A stretch of 63,810 nucleotides of DNA, filler included, from Reticulomyxa filosa (Eukaryota; Protista; Foraminifera): the NCBI GenBank assembly GCA_000512085.1. It is 17 parts of 17 records of this genome, joined end to end, with 100 filler letters (N's around TTAATTAATTAA, not from the genome) between each part and the next. Parts side by side here need not be neighbours in the genome. Positions count along the whole stretch, not along the records: positions 12,276 to 14,998 come from ASPP01002762.1; positions 15,099 to 19,105 come from ASPP01022662.1; positions 19,206 to 21,387 come from ASPP01004126.1; positions 21,488 to 24,516 come from ASPP01022882.1; positions 24,617 to 29,297 come from ASPP01023221.1; 12 more parts are not named here. One strand, given 5' to 3'. Of the stretch, positions 13,344 to 25,423 are shown in pieces. The notes under the pieces are model-generated. The model made no database searches. It saw only the letters and a program-made list of their open reading frames with translations, and was not told where the DNA came from. The position numbers and the translations under genes are program-made. The number at the start of each line of letters is the position of its first letter. Position 1 is the first letter of the stretch.

Positions 13344-14542
13344 TTTTTTTAACCTTCGTTGTTATTTCTTTGATAATGATGTAAGATAAAAGATCTGAAC
13401 TTTTTTTATCGAAAAAGGGCTTGCCAAAACTACGACACGCAGATCAAATTTTATTTTTCAATAAAAGAAAAAAGACATTCAAACACTTTTAACAAAAGTT
13501 TTAAATGAACCAAGTCTGTAAAATAGTAATTCTGGCAAATTTGTGCATTGTAAATGAAATAAATAATTTGTTTTTTAATAAGAAAAATCATTTGAATACG
13601 CTGGTCACTTTTTTAAGCGAACAAATGAACTGCCTCATTTTAGCATACAAGTTTTACTCTCGAATCACAAAGAGAATTCATAAGACAAAGCCTGTTTTTG
13701 ATATTTTCAAAAATATATCTTTTTTCTTATAAAGTTGTACATTATGTATTCATATGCTTTTTTCTGGTCAAATTCTCATTCAATTATGTGCATTTTATGT
13801 CATTAAAAGAATGTATCACAAAGAAAAAAACTTCTGCTCCAATTCTGCAAAAAGTTTTTATTTGAAAATTATTGCCTACCAAAAACGTTTTTTTAATGAC
13901 ATTGTTGACACTGTAAGTCATGCTCAGGCTTTCAAAAAAGCCTCAGCACAAAAGGCCTCAGAATAAAACATTTTTAAAACGCCCTTTCCCCTCTTTAGCA
14001 ATGTTCATCGTAAAAGCGCAACAATTGCGGAAAAAGCCGCCAATTACGTATACGTCCAAACGTGAATTAATTTTTTTCTTTTTATGTTTTTTGTTCAAAA
14101 ATTAAGGAATTAAAGTCCGTACTTTTACAAGTTTACTTGAACGGACAGTGATATTTCCCTTCCAAGCGCACGAATGCATCAAATCCAGGTTAAAATAAAT
14201 TTCCCTTAAAACATAATTCGTCATCTAATTCATTTTTTTTTTGTTGAAATTAGCACATCCATTACACTTAGTAAGTTCTTCTACACATAAAGAATAAATA
14301 CTTCATTCTCAAACACAAAAAAAAGTAATAAATTTATTTGTTACCAAATCTTTCCATACTCTATGATACAAAGGAAGATGTTTGAATTCGTATCATTGTA
14401 AAATTTTTTTTGCGTTCGTTTACTTTTATCTTTAGACTTTTTAAAAATAACAAGTGTTTTATTGACATGTAAAACAACTTTTTAACTTTTTTAAAAAAGG
14501 AACAATCTTTTTGAAAAGACAAAACTTAAAAAAATCAACAAA

Positions 14543-14887
14543 ATGGGTAATCGAAACACAATTCATTTTCAAAGTTTGAAGGAGTTGCCTACTTCACTTT
14601 ATCAAGCTCAATGTGTGCTGCACAAACACGAAATCCTCATTTGTGGAGGTTATGAACAAAGAGCTTGTTATTTTTATCATAAAGTCAAAAACGAATACAA
14701 GTTTATCTGTGAGTGTCCAAGTAATTTTACACTAAATGGACACTGTGTAGTGAAACTAGTAGATAACAACAATAAAATCACTTTGTTGTCTTTTGGTGGA
14801 TATAAAGGGACAAAATATACATTGATGATGAAATATGTAAGTGTTTGGAATAATATATCAAACAAATCAAAAAATCTCAAAAGATAA
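14543..14887 (+). pseudogene. Truncated Kelch-repeat gene
   Basis: 'LKELPTSLYQAQCVLHKHEILICGG', 'GHCVVKL', 'LLSFGG'; stops after about two blades. Confidence 0.75.
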
Positions 14888-16499
14888 AGTAAAGACTGAT
14901 AATTTGTTATTTGTTCCAATTGTTAACCTTTTATTTATAAATTTTGAAAAAATTTTAAAAAGATTGATTTAATCTGCTGTATTTAAAAACAATGTTATNN
15001 NNNNNNNNNNNNNNNNNNNNNNNNNNNNNNNNNNNNNNNNNNTTAATTAATTAANNNNNNNNNNNNNNNNNNNNNNNNNNNNNNNNNNNNNNNNNNNNGC
15101 ATGCAATAATGTTAAAAGTTTAAAATAGTTTATAAATGATTTCATTCGCATTATTCTGAAGATTTCAATAAAGTATTTCTAAAAAAGGGATAGTTCCATT
15201 TTTTTTCATGTTTTTACGTTAAGTTAAAGAAGTTTGACAGCTGTAGGGTTCGGCATGAACGTTATTTTTGGTTTTTTTAGCATTGACTAACTGAAGTGAA
15301 AGAACAGCACATTCAAAGGTGTCAATTATCGGTCTGCCTGCAAAACTGAGTTGTGATTTGGAAGCTTTATTTTTTAGCGTGTGTATCGTAGATCAAATCT
15401 TACAGTTTCGACCATGTCAAATTCTTTATCGGCAAATACGTATCCTTTCCCTCTGTAATTGTAATTGTGATTTGTTTAGTAGATTTGGATAAAGTATTGA
15501 ACATAGTTCAAACGCATCCACAGCAAAAGTGAGTGGTTATTTAAATTGTAACTTGTTCATCATTGCGCTTAGTTTGAGAAATCAATCACTGCGAAGATTG
15601 CAATTGTATGATATTCAAATGTAAAGCAATATATCTATTTTTGAAATATGTTACATATATTTACAAATTGCTCACTCTCTTTGGTATAGTCATTGTAGCA
15701 ATCTATCAAATGTGTAAAATTTAGGAATTAAATAATAATCTGCCACTGTGGTTTTCGGCTTATGTGAGGCCTTTTCTTCCAAGTGGTTCATGTTCGTATA
15801 ATCATACTATTTTTTAATTCAAATTTTCATCAAAGAAAATTCCAAAACATGATTTTTTTTGCACAATTTTTCTTTTTAAAAAAGTTCGATTTTCCGTGTT
15901 ATTGTCATTTTCTTCGCTGTAACATCATCATTTTAGAAAGGAAAAAAAATAGTCAAAACGGCACAATTTACTTCAAAAGAAAGATTAAAACTAGAAAAAA
16001 GAAAAACAATTTTGTTTCAAAATTAATCCTTAAACTTTACAAACAAGTATTGTAATGACACTATATTTTGAAGAGGAAATGTAGATGCCAACGAATTAAA
16101 AAATTTGCTGTATGTGTTTCTATTGCAAAGTCGAAAAGCACTCTTTTCGTCAAGTACCTTTTTTTAAAAAAGGGAAATTCAAAGTTCAAATAAAAATTAG
16201 GTGAATATATTACTAAAAAAAGAAGAAAGAAGCAACCTTGAAAAGCGGCTATAATGTGGTGTTTGCTGTATGGAACGAAAAACCATATGAAATTAAAACA
16301 GAAACAGTTGACGGAAATGGCTAAAAACACGCCAGCGTCAATGACAATGGTAATAACAGAACGACAACAAGGACAATAAAGACACTGACCTGGACAATGA
16401 CGTGGAACGAAATACGGACATTGACAACCATACTTGCCGTTGAAGAAGTACTATTCAGAATCCTCTTGTTTGATCCATTTGCGCAATTCTTTTTATTAT

Positions 16500-19105
16500 C
16501 ATTACAATGGTAACATTAAAGATTTGGAGCCAACCAAGATGAGCAAATGGAAAATGGAGCCTCTTGAATGGATATAAAGAGAATAGTGGAATTGATTTTT
16601 GACATTGACTGCACTGACACAATAGTGTACTGATTGGAGCTGTGCAAAAAAAACAAACAAAAAACTTGAGTGGGATGATATACGAGAATATGTACAAAGG
16701 CCGACGCAATGCATTGAAATCTGAACAGAAAAACTTGGTGATTGATTGTTGTCGATCCAAACGGATGTGTACATTGCCAAAACCTTCCTCAAATGTTCTC
16801 ATTGTGCATGGACAACAAAAAAAAAGACGGCAAGTCATACCTGTGTCTCCAGTCGTTCAATCTCATAGAGAAGCATAGGATTTATTCGTTTTGACTATTT
16901 CGCTGCAAGGTTCACAATGATGGCAATAAACGGGACAATCAATATCAAAACCAGAGCCACTCCGAAAGTATACGTAAAAGTGGGAATACGTGTTACAAAC
17001 CTTTTTTTTTTTTAAAGACACGATAAATTGGAAAACTTCACTCATCTTTTCCTTAAAGCAATTGCAATGCAATTGAATGCAAGCCAAAAGCATTTGGACG
17101 ATGTTTTCAAATGTTTGAGTGGATTAAAAGATGAAGCTGATTATGTTTGTGCATTATGTGAAAGATAATCTGAGACCATTTCAACAAAATTGAATAATAA
17201 ACAATTTGAGAGTGCTTTCATTAATGCGTTAAAAGATAAAAAAATTTATAATGCAAGGTCACTTGGAATAATTACAACAAAAGCGAACGCGAAACAGTTG
17301 GGTGTGAGTTTCAATGTCTTGACAAATAGTTTAAAAGATAAAAGATGGAAATATTCGTAACTCATGTGCAAACTCACTTGAAATAATTTCAATGAGAAAA
17401 ATTGGAAAAGGTGTTAATACTTTGATAAATGGAATAAAAGAGGAAAATGCATATATTCATAAATCAGGCATAAAAAAATCACTTGAAACAATTTCAACGA
17501 AATGAGTGAGAAACAGTTGGAAGGGGTTTTCAATGTTCTTATTAATGGATTCAAAGATAAAGATTACCATATTCGTAGTTCATATACAGAAGCACTTAGG
17601 AGAATTAGCAGCAAAAGTGAATGAGAAATAATTGGAAATGATATTTAATAAATTAATGAATGGAAGATAGAGATGAACATGCTTGCAAAATTACTTGGAA
17701 CAATTTCAGCAGAATTGGCTGATAAACAACTGGAAGAAATTTTCAATGCTTGTATTGGAATCGTTTTAGATTATGTGTAGAAGCACTTGAAGCAATTCAG
17801 GACAATGGAATAAATTGCTGTGTTTTTGACGCTTTGATGTTTATTCTCAAGCTTTCGATAGACACAAATAACAACATGGATAAACAATTGATGGAAGCAT
17901 TTAAAAGGATATCAAAGAAAGTAAACAAATAATTGTATTTCTTGATGATACATTTGTCGAAAATGGCAAATATATATGTATATATGTACATGGGAGGCGA
18001 ATAATGCATTCACAAAAATCTCAGAAGATATGCAATAATCGGTGGATTGAAAGAGAATATTCAAATGGAGCATACAAAAGAAAAGGAAAAAGCATTAATT
18101 GTATTTGGAAAGTAATTAAAGATATAGACAAGACATTATTGGTATTTGGTTTGATGATATTTGATCATCGTATTCAATTGAATTGCAATGATGATCATAT
18201 CAATGTGGATAATTTGAATGAGTTTATAAAATATTGTGGGGAATAGGCCATTGAATGGAAATTTCCAATTCATCAATCAAAATGGAATGACGACAGTAAT
18301 ATTCCATGATCATTGTCTAAAAAATTGAAGAAGTTTCTAATAATGAAAATGTATACAAGTAACTTTACGCTGCTGTTCACGAAGTAAGTAAAGTCTGTAT
18401 ACTTGTCACAATTTAAATTGATATTGCAAGATTGCAAAATTAGCATAAATGATTTATGTGATGAATATTGACAAACCCCCATTGCATTTGGCAATTAACT
18501 ATCGATGCTGGAATATTGCCCGTTATTATATTGAACAAGGTGCAATACATTGATGTCAATGCGCCCATGAGAATCTCTTTTGAAAAAGTCATGGAATTGG
18601 CTTGGGAACACAAAAAGGATCAAGATAACAAAAAATATATTCAGACGCAAAGTAAGTGGGTAAATTGACGTTAAAAAAAAAAACAAACTCTATATCCAAT
18701 GAAAGGATGATTATGTGAAAAGACAAATTGATTGATAAAGATGGTGAAATCAAAATCATTGATGACAAAAAAATTATAAAAGAAATATTAAGCAAATATA
18801 GTCTAGTGTATTGTGCCGTCAGTTGAAATACATATTCATTAAAGCGGAAAATTCAAGAAAAAAATATCACTGAAGAAGGTAATCCATCCTTTTTTTTTAA
18901 TCTCTGGAATATTTTTATTGTTTAAAATATGTACTGAATTAAAAATGGAAAAGGCAAATCAGATGCAATTACCCATGTGGTATAACATTCAGACACGCCT
19001 ATGAAAAAGGAGTGAAAGAGTTGCACGTTCAATTGACAATTTATTGGGATTATATTGCAGTTGAAGAGCTTAAAAACAAGTGTCCAGGTTTTATGAGTGA
19101 TTGGA
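16500..19105 (+). pseudogene. Heavily degraded HEAT-repeat gene (C-terminal half of the NACHT-HEAT family)
   Basis: Recurrent 'LETISTKLNxKQL...VFNxLINGxKD' units with many stops and frameshifts between 17080 and 17800. Confidence 0.65.
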
Positions 19106-19399
19106 NNNNNNNNNNNNNNNNNNNNNNNNNNNNNNNNNNNNNNNNNNNNTTAATTAATTAANNNNNNNNNNNNNNNNNNNNNNNNNNNNNNNNNNNNNNN
19201 NNNNNTTTTTGGAAAAAAAAACGAAGGCCGCGTTCCGGCAATATGTAAAGTTTTTATGTTTTATTAATGGTCTTTTTTTTCTCGACATTAGCTGTATGAC
19301 TTCATTTCAAGACAACAATCTATGATCTATTCGTTGTTTTGTTTATTTTTGCTCAAGTTGACGTTGTTGTGACAAAAGTGTCTTATATGATCAAATCGA

Positions 19400-21387
19400 T
19401 GATATTTCACGTGTACTGACCAGGATGAGATTTTGTTCTATGGAAATCAAATCGAGTTACAGACTTTTGTGTTGAAGCGAATAGCATTTATATTTAAAAA
19501 AAGATATATTATATAATCAATGAAAGATTGAAATCGTCTTTATTAATAAAAAGGGTACATTTTTTAATCTATAGGTGGAAGTACAGCATGGAGTGATGTT
19601 ATCTCTGACCTTGTAAGTGTGATAGCTGGGGGTTATGGAAGTTGGGGTCATTATGACAAACCCCAAAATGGTTTATTGCTTTGCCAACGGTATACATATT
19701 AATATTTAATTTGTTTTCTTTGTATCGCGTAGATGTAACCCAGCACCAACTGCGTGATATTTGATATAAAGCTCTCGCGACTGCAAATGACACTGGAGGT
19801 CAGTCCCATTGATTGGGCAAATTATAGTATTGATGACATGCTCTATGTCGTGGACAGCAGTTTATCAGCGTATGATCAAGACGAAAATGGAGGTTCCAGT
19901 TTCAGTGCTTTTTTTTTTCAGATGAAAAAATACTTACTGGAAGAGGTTTATTGGGAAATATATTTGATTGGCTCCAATCTGAATTTGGGGGGGGCAAAAG
20001 ATTTATTAAACGGTGAAGATGTGCATTGGTATCGCAAACACAAAATATTAATTCTTTGTCGCTGCGATTGTGCTTGCCAGGTATATTTGTCATAACTGTT
20101 TACTTTGTGATGAATGAGTGAAAGTGAATACTTTGCATTGTATTGCCAAAGTGATATCTGTCCAAAGTTGCTGTCATCAAAAAAATAGGTGTGCGTATTG
20201 ACACTGGATATAGTCTCCCATCAGCAATTCCAGCATCCCTGTTTCGCCGAGTGCTTTTGGAGATTGATTATTATAGTAAATGTGATGTCCCTAACTGCGG
20301 CAATGGCATGTCGGCAGCGCTCCAAAATTCGATGCATTGGCAATAGTGCGGCTTAGTGCATGCACACTTGGTATTTCATTCCCTTTCTCTCCAACAATAT
20401 ACCGCAGTTGGAGTTTGAATCGGATGAAGAGTTTCATTTGAGCTCCAAGCGTTTATATTTTGTGGCACGTGCACGTCTGCAAATAAAGTGTACATTTGTA
20501 CATATATTCCTCGTCTGCTGTCAGTGTGCGTGTGTGTGTGTGACAAGCAAGGGGTTTATGCACCACACAATAATCCGACCTTACGTCATACAGTATTACC
20601 TCCAACGACTAAGCCGGTTATCGAAAGTACATGGAGTTTCAATCAATGGACCTTATGCTGTCTTCACATCCGGATCAAGTGTATATTCTTTTTTTTTTTT
20701 TTTTAAAGAATACATGCTCCAAAAGTTTGGATGTGTTCACCAGTGCACATTCTCGTTCGGATTCATCAAGCATATTTTCTCATACTTGGTCGCCCGACAT
20801 ATCAAATAGACATTGTCTACAGTAGCAAAGCTATTATGTAACACAACGTGCTTTTTGGAAGAGTGCTCATCTCTTGGCGTAGAAATGCAAAAGGAATTAA
20901 ATGGTATGAAGTTTCAATTCATCATGTGGTTTTCACGAGAATTAGCTTATGTTTAAGTTATGCACTAGAACAAGTCTTGATTCCATTTGGCCCAGTCGAG
21001 ACTGTTCAAAAAAAAAAAACTTGTGATCGTCGACAGTGTCGTCACATACGAACGAACATTGGCTGTTGTCATCCAAATCACCAACAGAATTCTCTTCGTT
21101 GTTGCAATCAAAACAAGCAAGCCAAACGTTGACACTCACACTGACGATGAATTCTTATTTAGACCCAATTGCTGACGAAATGTATGGAGTGTGACATTTC
21201 CGCAATGGTCTTTGCGCTCGCAAACTAATGATTGATGATTGAGCCACACCTGGCCGAAAAGTTGTTTTTGTGATTGACAATCGAAACACGTGAAGTCCCA
21301 TGAGTACTGACTTCTCAACCAACAGTGGACACAAAGATATCGTCAACACGTGACCAAACTGGAGTTCCAACACACAATCAAACGGAA
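19400..21387 (+). pseudogene. Unidentified fragmented coding-like sequence
   Basis: Higher GC than the flanks, several medium ORFs on the + strand (19754-20095, 20360-20809, 20848-21132), no recognisable family. Confidence 0.3.
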
Positions 21388-21487
21388 NNNNNNNNNNNNN
21401 NNNNNNNNNNNNNNNNNNNNNNNNNNNNNNNTTAATTAATTAANNNNNNNNNNNNNNNNNNNNNNNNNNNNNNNNNNNNNNNNNNNN

Positions 21488-23627
21488 AGCATATGCAATA
21501 GGTTTCAAGAAGGTGAAATCGGGGAAATTGAAGCAAAACATATATTCAGAAGAAGAGGGCAAATCTCCAGGAGGATTGGAGAGCGAGAGAGATGAGGATT
21601 CAAAAGGGAAGTATTGTAATTGGAAAAATGATTTCGTGTCGGTGAAAAGATTGATATTTGGAAGTTACATCAACTTACTGTTGCTAGTGGTTCCGTTTGC
21701 CGTCATGAGTTCTTATTTGGATTGGAGTCCAACCGTCGTCTTTTTTTTGAACTTTTGTGGAATGATACCTTTGGCGAGCATTTTAGGGGATTCCACGTAA
21801 TCTTTTTTTTCAAAAAAAAAAATTTTTTTAGAACTATGTCTCTCCCCCTTTTTTTTTTTTAAAAAAAAAATGTATACATATGTTATATTTAATGAACATA
21901 AGCAACACACATATGACAATTTGCTTACACATATTTTTTTAATTATTGCTTCTCCTCTCATATGTTCCTATCTTCACTTTTTTTTTAAAAAAAATACTAC
22001 ATTTGTGGTGTGACAATTGAATAGTGAATGCTTGGCTGAACATGTAATGGGCAATTTTTGGTCGCACACTCACACACATACTTTTATTTATGTGTTTATT
22101 TGCTTATTTAAAATGAAAACAAAAATGAATAAATAAATAAAGCTCGGTGAAACTGTTGGAGGTCTACTCAATGCAACATTTGGAAATGCTGTTGAGGTAT
22201 GTTTGAAATGATCGATGTTTCAATGATTTTTTTTTTTTTTTTTTTTTTTTTGATGTTACCAAACCAATAAAACAAATAAGTTAAACAAAGAAAAGTGATA
22301 ACACACATTGACAACTCATACACAGTTGGTGGTGATGCTATTGGCATTAATAAAAGCAAAAACCTTTCAGAATCACGGGAAGAAAGACAAACGCGACACA
22401 ATGATAATAGTGGTCCAATTTTCTTTGATTGGAAGTATATTCAGCAATTGCTTGTTGGTGCTGGGGTGCTCTTTTTTAGCTCATGGCTTTACTACTGATG
22501 CCCATTTTAATGTGGCCGCGACTAGCGCTAATGTTGCCTTGCTCATGCTTGCTTCATTTGTTATGATTTTACCATCTCCTTATACGGGTATATCATACAT
22601 ACACTACTGTGATGTACATATGTATTTAATATTTTATGTTTGCTTATTTTTACTTTGTAAATATATTTTAAAATAAAAAAGGAAGCAATTTACACGATGA
22701 ACTAATGGTATCACATGCTGCGGCGATATTGCTGTTGATAATGTATATATGTTTGTTGATATTTGTTCTGGTGACACATAAGAAATTGATCGAAGGTAAG
22801 ATTGACAAAGAAGAAGCAGACAACAATCCAAAGGGCGCCATTGCACTGCATCATGAAAGGAAAAAGCAAAAGGAAGTCCATGAACATGAACATGAACATG
22901 AACACGAACATGAACGCATTGGAGTGGAAATGGTCGATTCTTCCGATATCACTATTGTCAATAACATAAATACCACCAAAAATGGAGCTAACAAGACCAA
23001 TGAAAACGATCAGAAGGAAAACGGCGATGACGAAGAAGACGATGATGAGTTGGAAATGTCTTTGGTTGGCAGTACGACATTACTATTTGTTAGCACTACG
23101 TTGGTGGCATTACTGTCCGAATATTTAGTTGGGTCCATTGAGCCCATGTCAAGACGGGCTGGAATTACAGAAGCTTTCATTGGACTTATTTTGATACCTA
23201 TTATCGGTTTCGTTTTGAAAATATGCACATATATAATTTTTTTCTTTAAATGTCTAATATAACTACAGGTAATGCAGTGGAACATATTACTGCAATAAGG
23301 ATGGCAACCAAAGGCAAAATGGATATTTCCTTGTCTATTGCAATTGGAAGTGCTACTCAGGTTGCCATGTTCATTGTGCCACTAGCTGTCATTGTTGGAT
23401 GGATTTTAGACATTCCAATGACATTGGATTTTCCTCAATTTGAGGTGTTAATGTTCATTTACAGTTCCATTATCATATTTGCTTTGGTGAACAATGGCTC
23501 GTCCAATTGGTTGAAAGGAGCCATGCTTTTGTGTTTATATGTGGCCATTGCTGTCGCCGTGTGGGACCAAGAAGTTGACAGTACCACCAACACCACCAGC
23601 GATTCCAACAATGATTCAACCGGCTAA
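21488..23627 (+). CDS. CAX: Ca2+/H+ exchanger, CAX/VCX1 family (multi-exon, 5' partial)
   Basis: 'GMIPLASILGDST|ECLAEH|LGETVGGLLNATFGNAVE', 'SLIGSIFSNCLLVLG', 'GNAVEHITAI...KMDISLSIAIGSATQVAMFIVP', 'GSSNWLKGAMLL'. Confidence 0.96.
22879..22914 (+). repeat. (CATGAA)x6 coding repeat giving (His-Glu)6 in the CAX central loop
   Basis: catgaacatgaacatgaacatgaacacgaacatgaa, in frame. Confidence 0.95.
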
Positions 23628-24002
23628 ATTTTTTTTAAACCATTTTTAACAACCCTCTGTGTTTCGTTTAAAACAATAACAAAGTTTGTGTCATAAAATC
23701 ATTTTGTTTACCTTTCGAATGACTACACAAAACATATTTTTTTTTGGTGGTTGACGGTTGAATATGTCATGGAATCTTCGCTAATGTGTGGTGATTAGAA
23801 ATCAACACCTTTTCCCACTCTTTTCTTTCCAACATCAAACATGTTTCACACACTTTGCAGATTCACTCACTGTGTTGAGAAGCGCGAATTCTCCCACTTA
23901 AGGTGGGTCATTCAAAACACAATTTTTTTAAAGAATAAAGCAGCTTAGTCGATCATAAAAAATTGTTGTGATTTACATTACTTTTTATTTAAAGAAAAGT
24001 AA

Positions 24003-24487
24003 TTATTTACACAAAAAGATAAGAAGAGGGCCAATAAACATATTGGCAACTGTAGTCAAAGTAAATATCCATTCAAAGACGCAAGTAACACATTTGATTT
24101 GATGGATAAATAAATGTTGTCTCTTTGCTTCATTACAATATTCTTTTTTTGTGCACAAAATATTGTGGGCATCAAAATATCGCTGTTCTTTTGACTTGAG
24201 CTGATCTTGTGCAAACCAAAATTGCATAATGGTATATGCAATTACTTGGCTCATATTATCGTCTAGTTCCACCATGAAAAACAGTGCTACGCTATTTAAA
24301 ATGATATCCTGCACATTTTGGGCAGCAGCAATCACACAAAAGCAGCCCACCACCGACAAGGACAGCACGAGCAAATTGATGATATATCCTAATACAACGT
24401 ATTTCATTTCCAACACAGGGATATTTAGCGCTGATTCCAATATCCAAGGAATCTTTCTTCCTTTGTAAGCCTCACGAAGCGGACCTT
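24003..24487 (-). CDS. 3' end of an uncharacterised multi-pass membrane protein
   Basis: Hydrophobic helices and a 'DIILNSVALFFMVELDD' motif; convergent with CAX. Confidence 0.6.
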
Positions 24488-24616
24488 TTTTTTTTTTTTT
24501 TTTGATATTGTAGTTGNNNNNNNNNNNNNNNNNNNNNNNNNNNNNNNNNNNNNNNNNNNNTTAATTAATTAANNNNNNNNNNNNNNNNNNNNNNNNNNNN
24601 NNNNNNNNNNNNNNNN

Positions 24617-25423
24617 AGAATATGACAAAGCAATTGAATATTATGAAAAAGATTTAAAAATTAGTTTGAAGACATTGAGATATAATCACATTAATATTGC
24701 TACTTCATATAACAGTTTGGGAATTGTTTATCAAAATAAAGGAGAATACGATAAAGCAATTGAATATTATGAAAAATAATTAAAAATTGCATTGAATAAA
24801 TTGGGATCTGATCACACTAATGTCGCTGGTTTATACAATAATTTGGGAAGTACTTATATAAGTAAAGGGGAATATGATAAAGTAATTAAATATCATAAAA
24901 AATCATTGAAAATTAGATTGAGTAAATTGAGATCTGATCACATTGATGTCGCCAGTTCATACCACAAGCTGGGAAATGTTTATCAAAATAAAGAATAATG
25001 CGATAAAGCAATTAAATATTATGGAAAATTATTAAAAATTAAATTGAATGAATTGGGATCTGGTCACATTAATATCGCTGATTCATACAACAAACTGGGA
25101 TTTTTTTATCAAAATAAAGGAATATGATATAGCAATTGAATATTGTGAAAAAGCATTGAAAATTAGATTGAGTAAATTGGGATCTGATCACATTGACGTT
25201 GCTGCTTCCTATGAACATTTGGCATAGTTTATTGTGGTAAACAGGAATGTGACAAGTCAATGGAATTTGGAAGGAAAGCGTTAGATTCGGGATTGAAGGA
25301 ATTAGATAATCATCCATGAACGCAAACAAGTGTTATGAAAATGAAATATCGATTTATACTCAAAAATTTGGTGAAAATCATCAAAAAACACAAGAAGTAA
25401 TGCTAAAAATGAAAAATTTGTAA
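24617..25423 (+). pseudogene. TPR-repeat (kinesin-light-chain/TPR_12 type, 42-aa units) gene remnant
   Basis: Repeated 'YDKAIEYYEKxLKIxLxKLGSDHxxVAxSYNNLG' units with an in-frame TAA (about 24777) and frameshifts. Confidence 0.85.
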
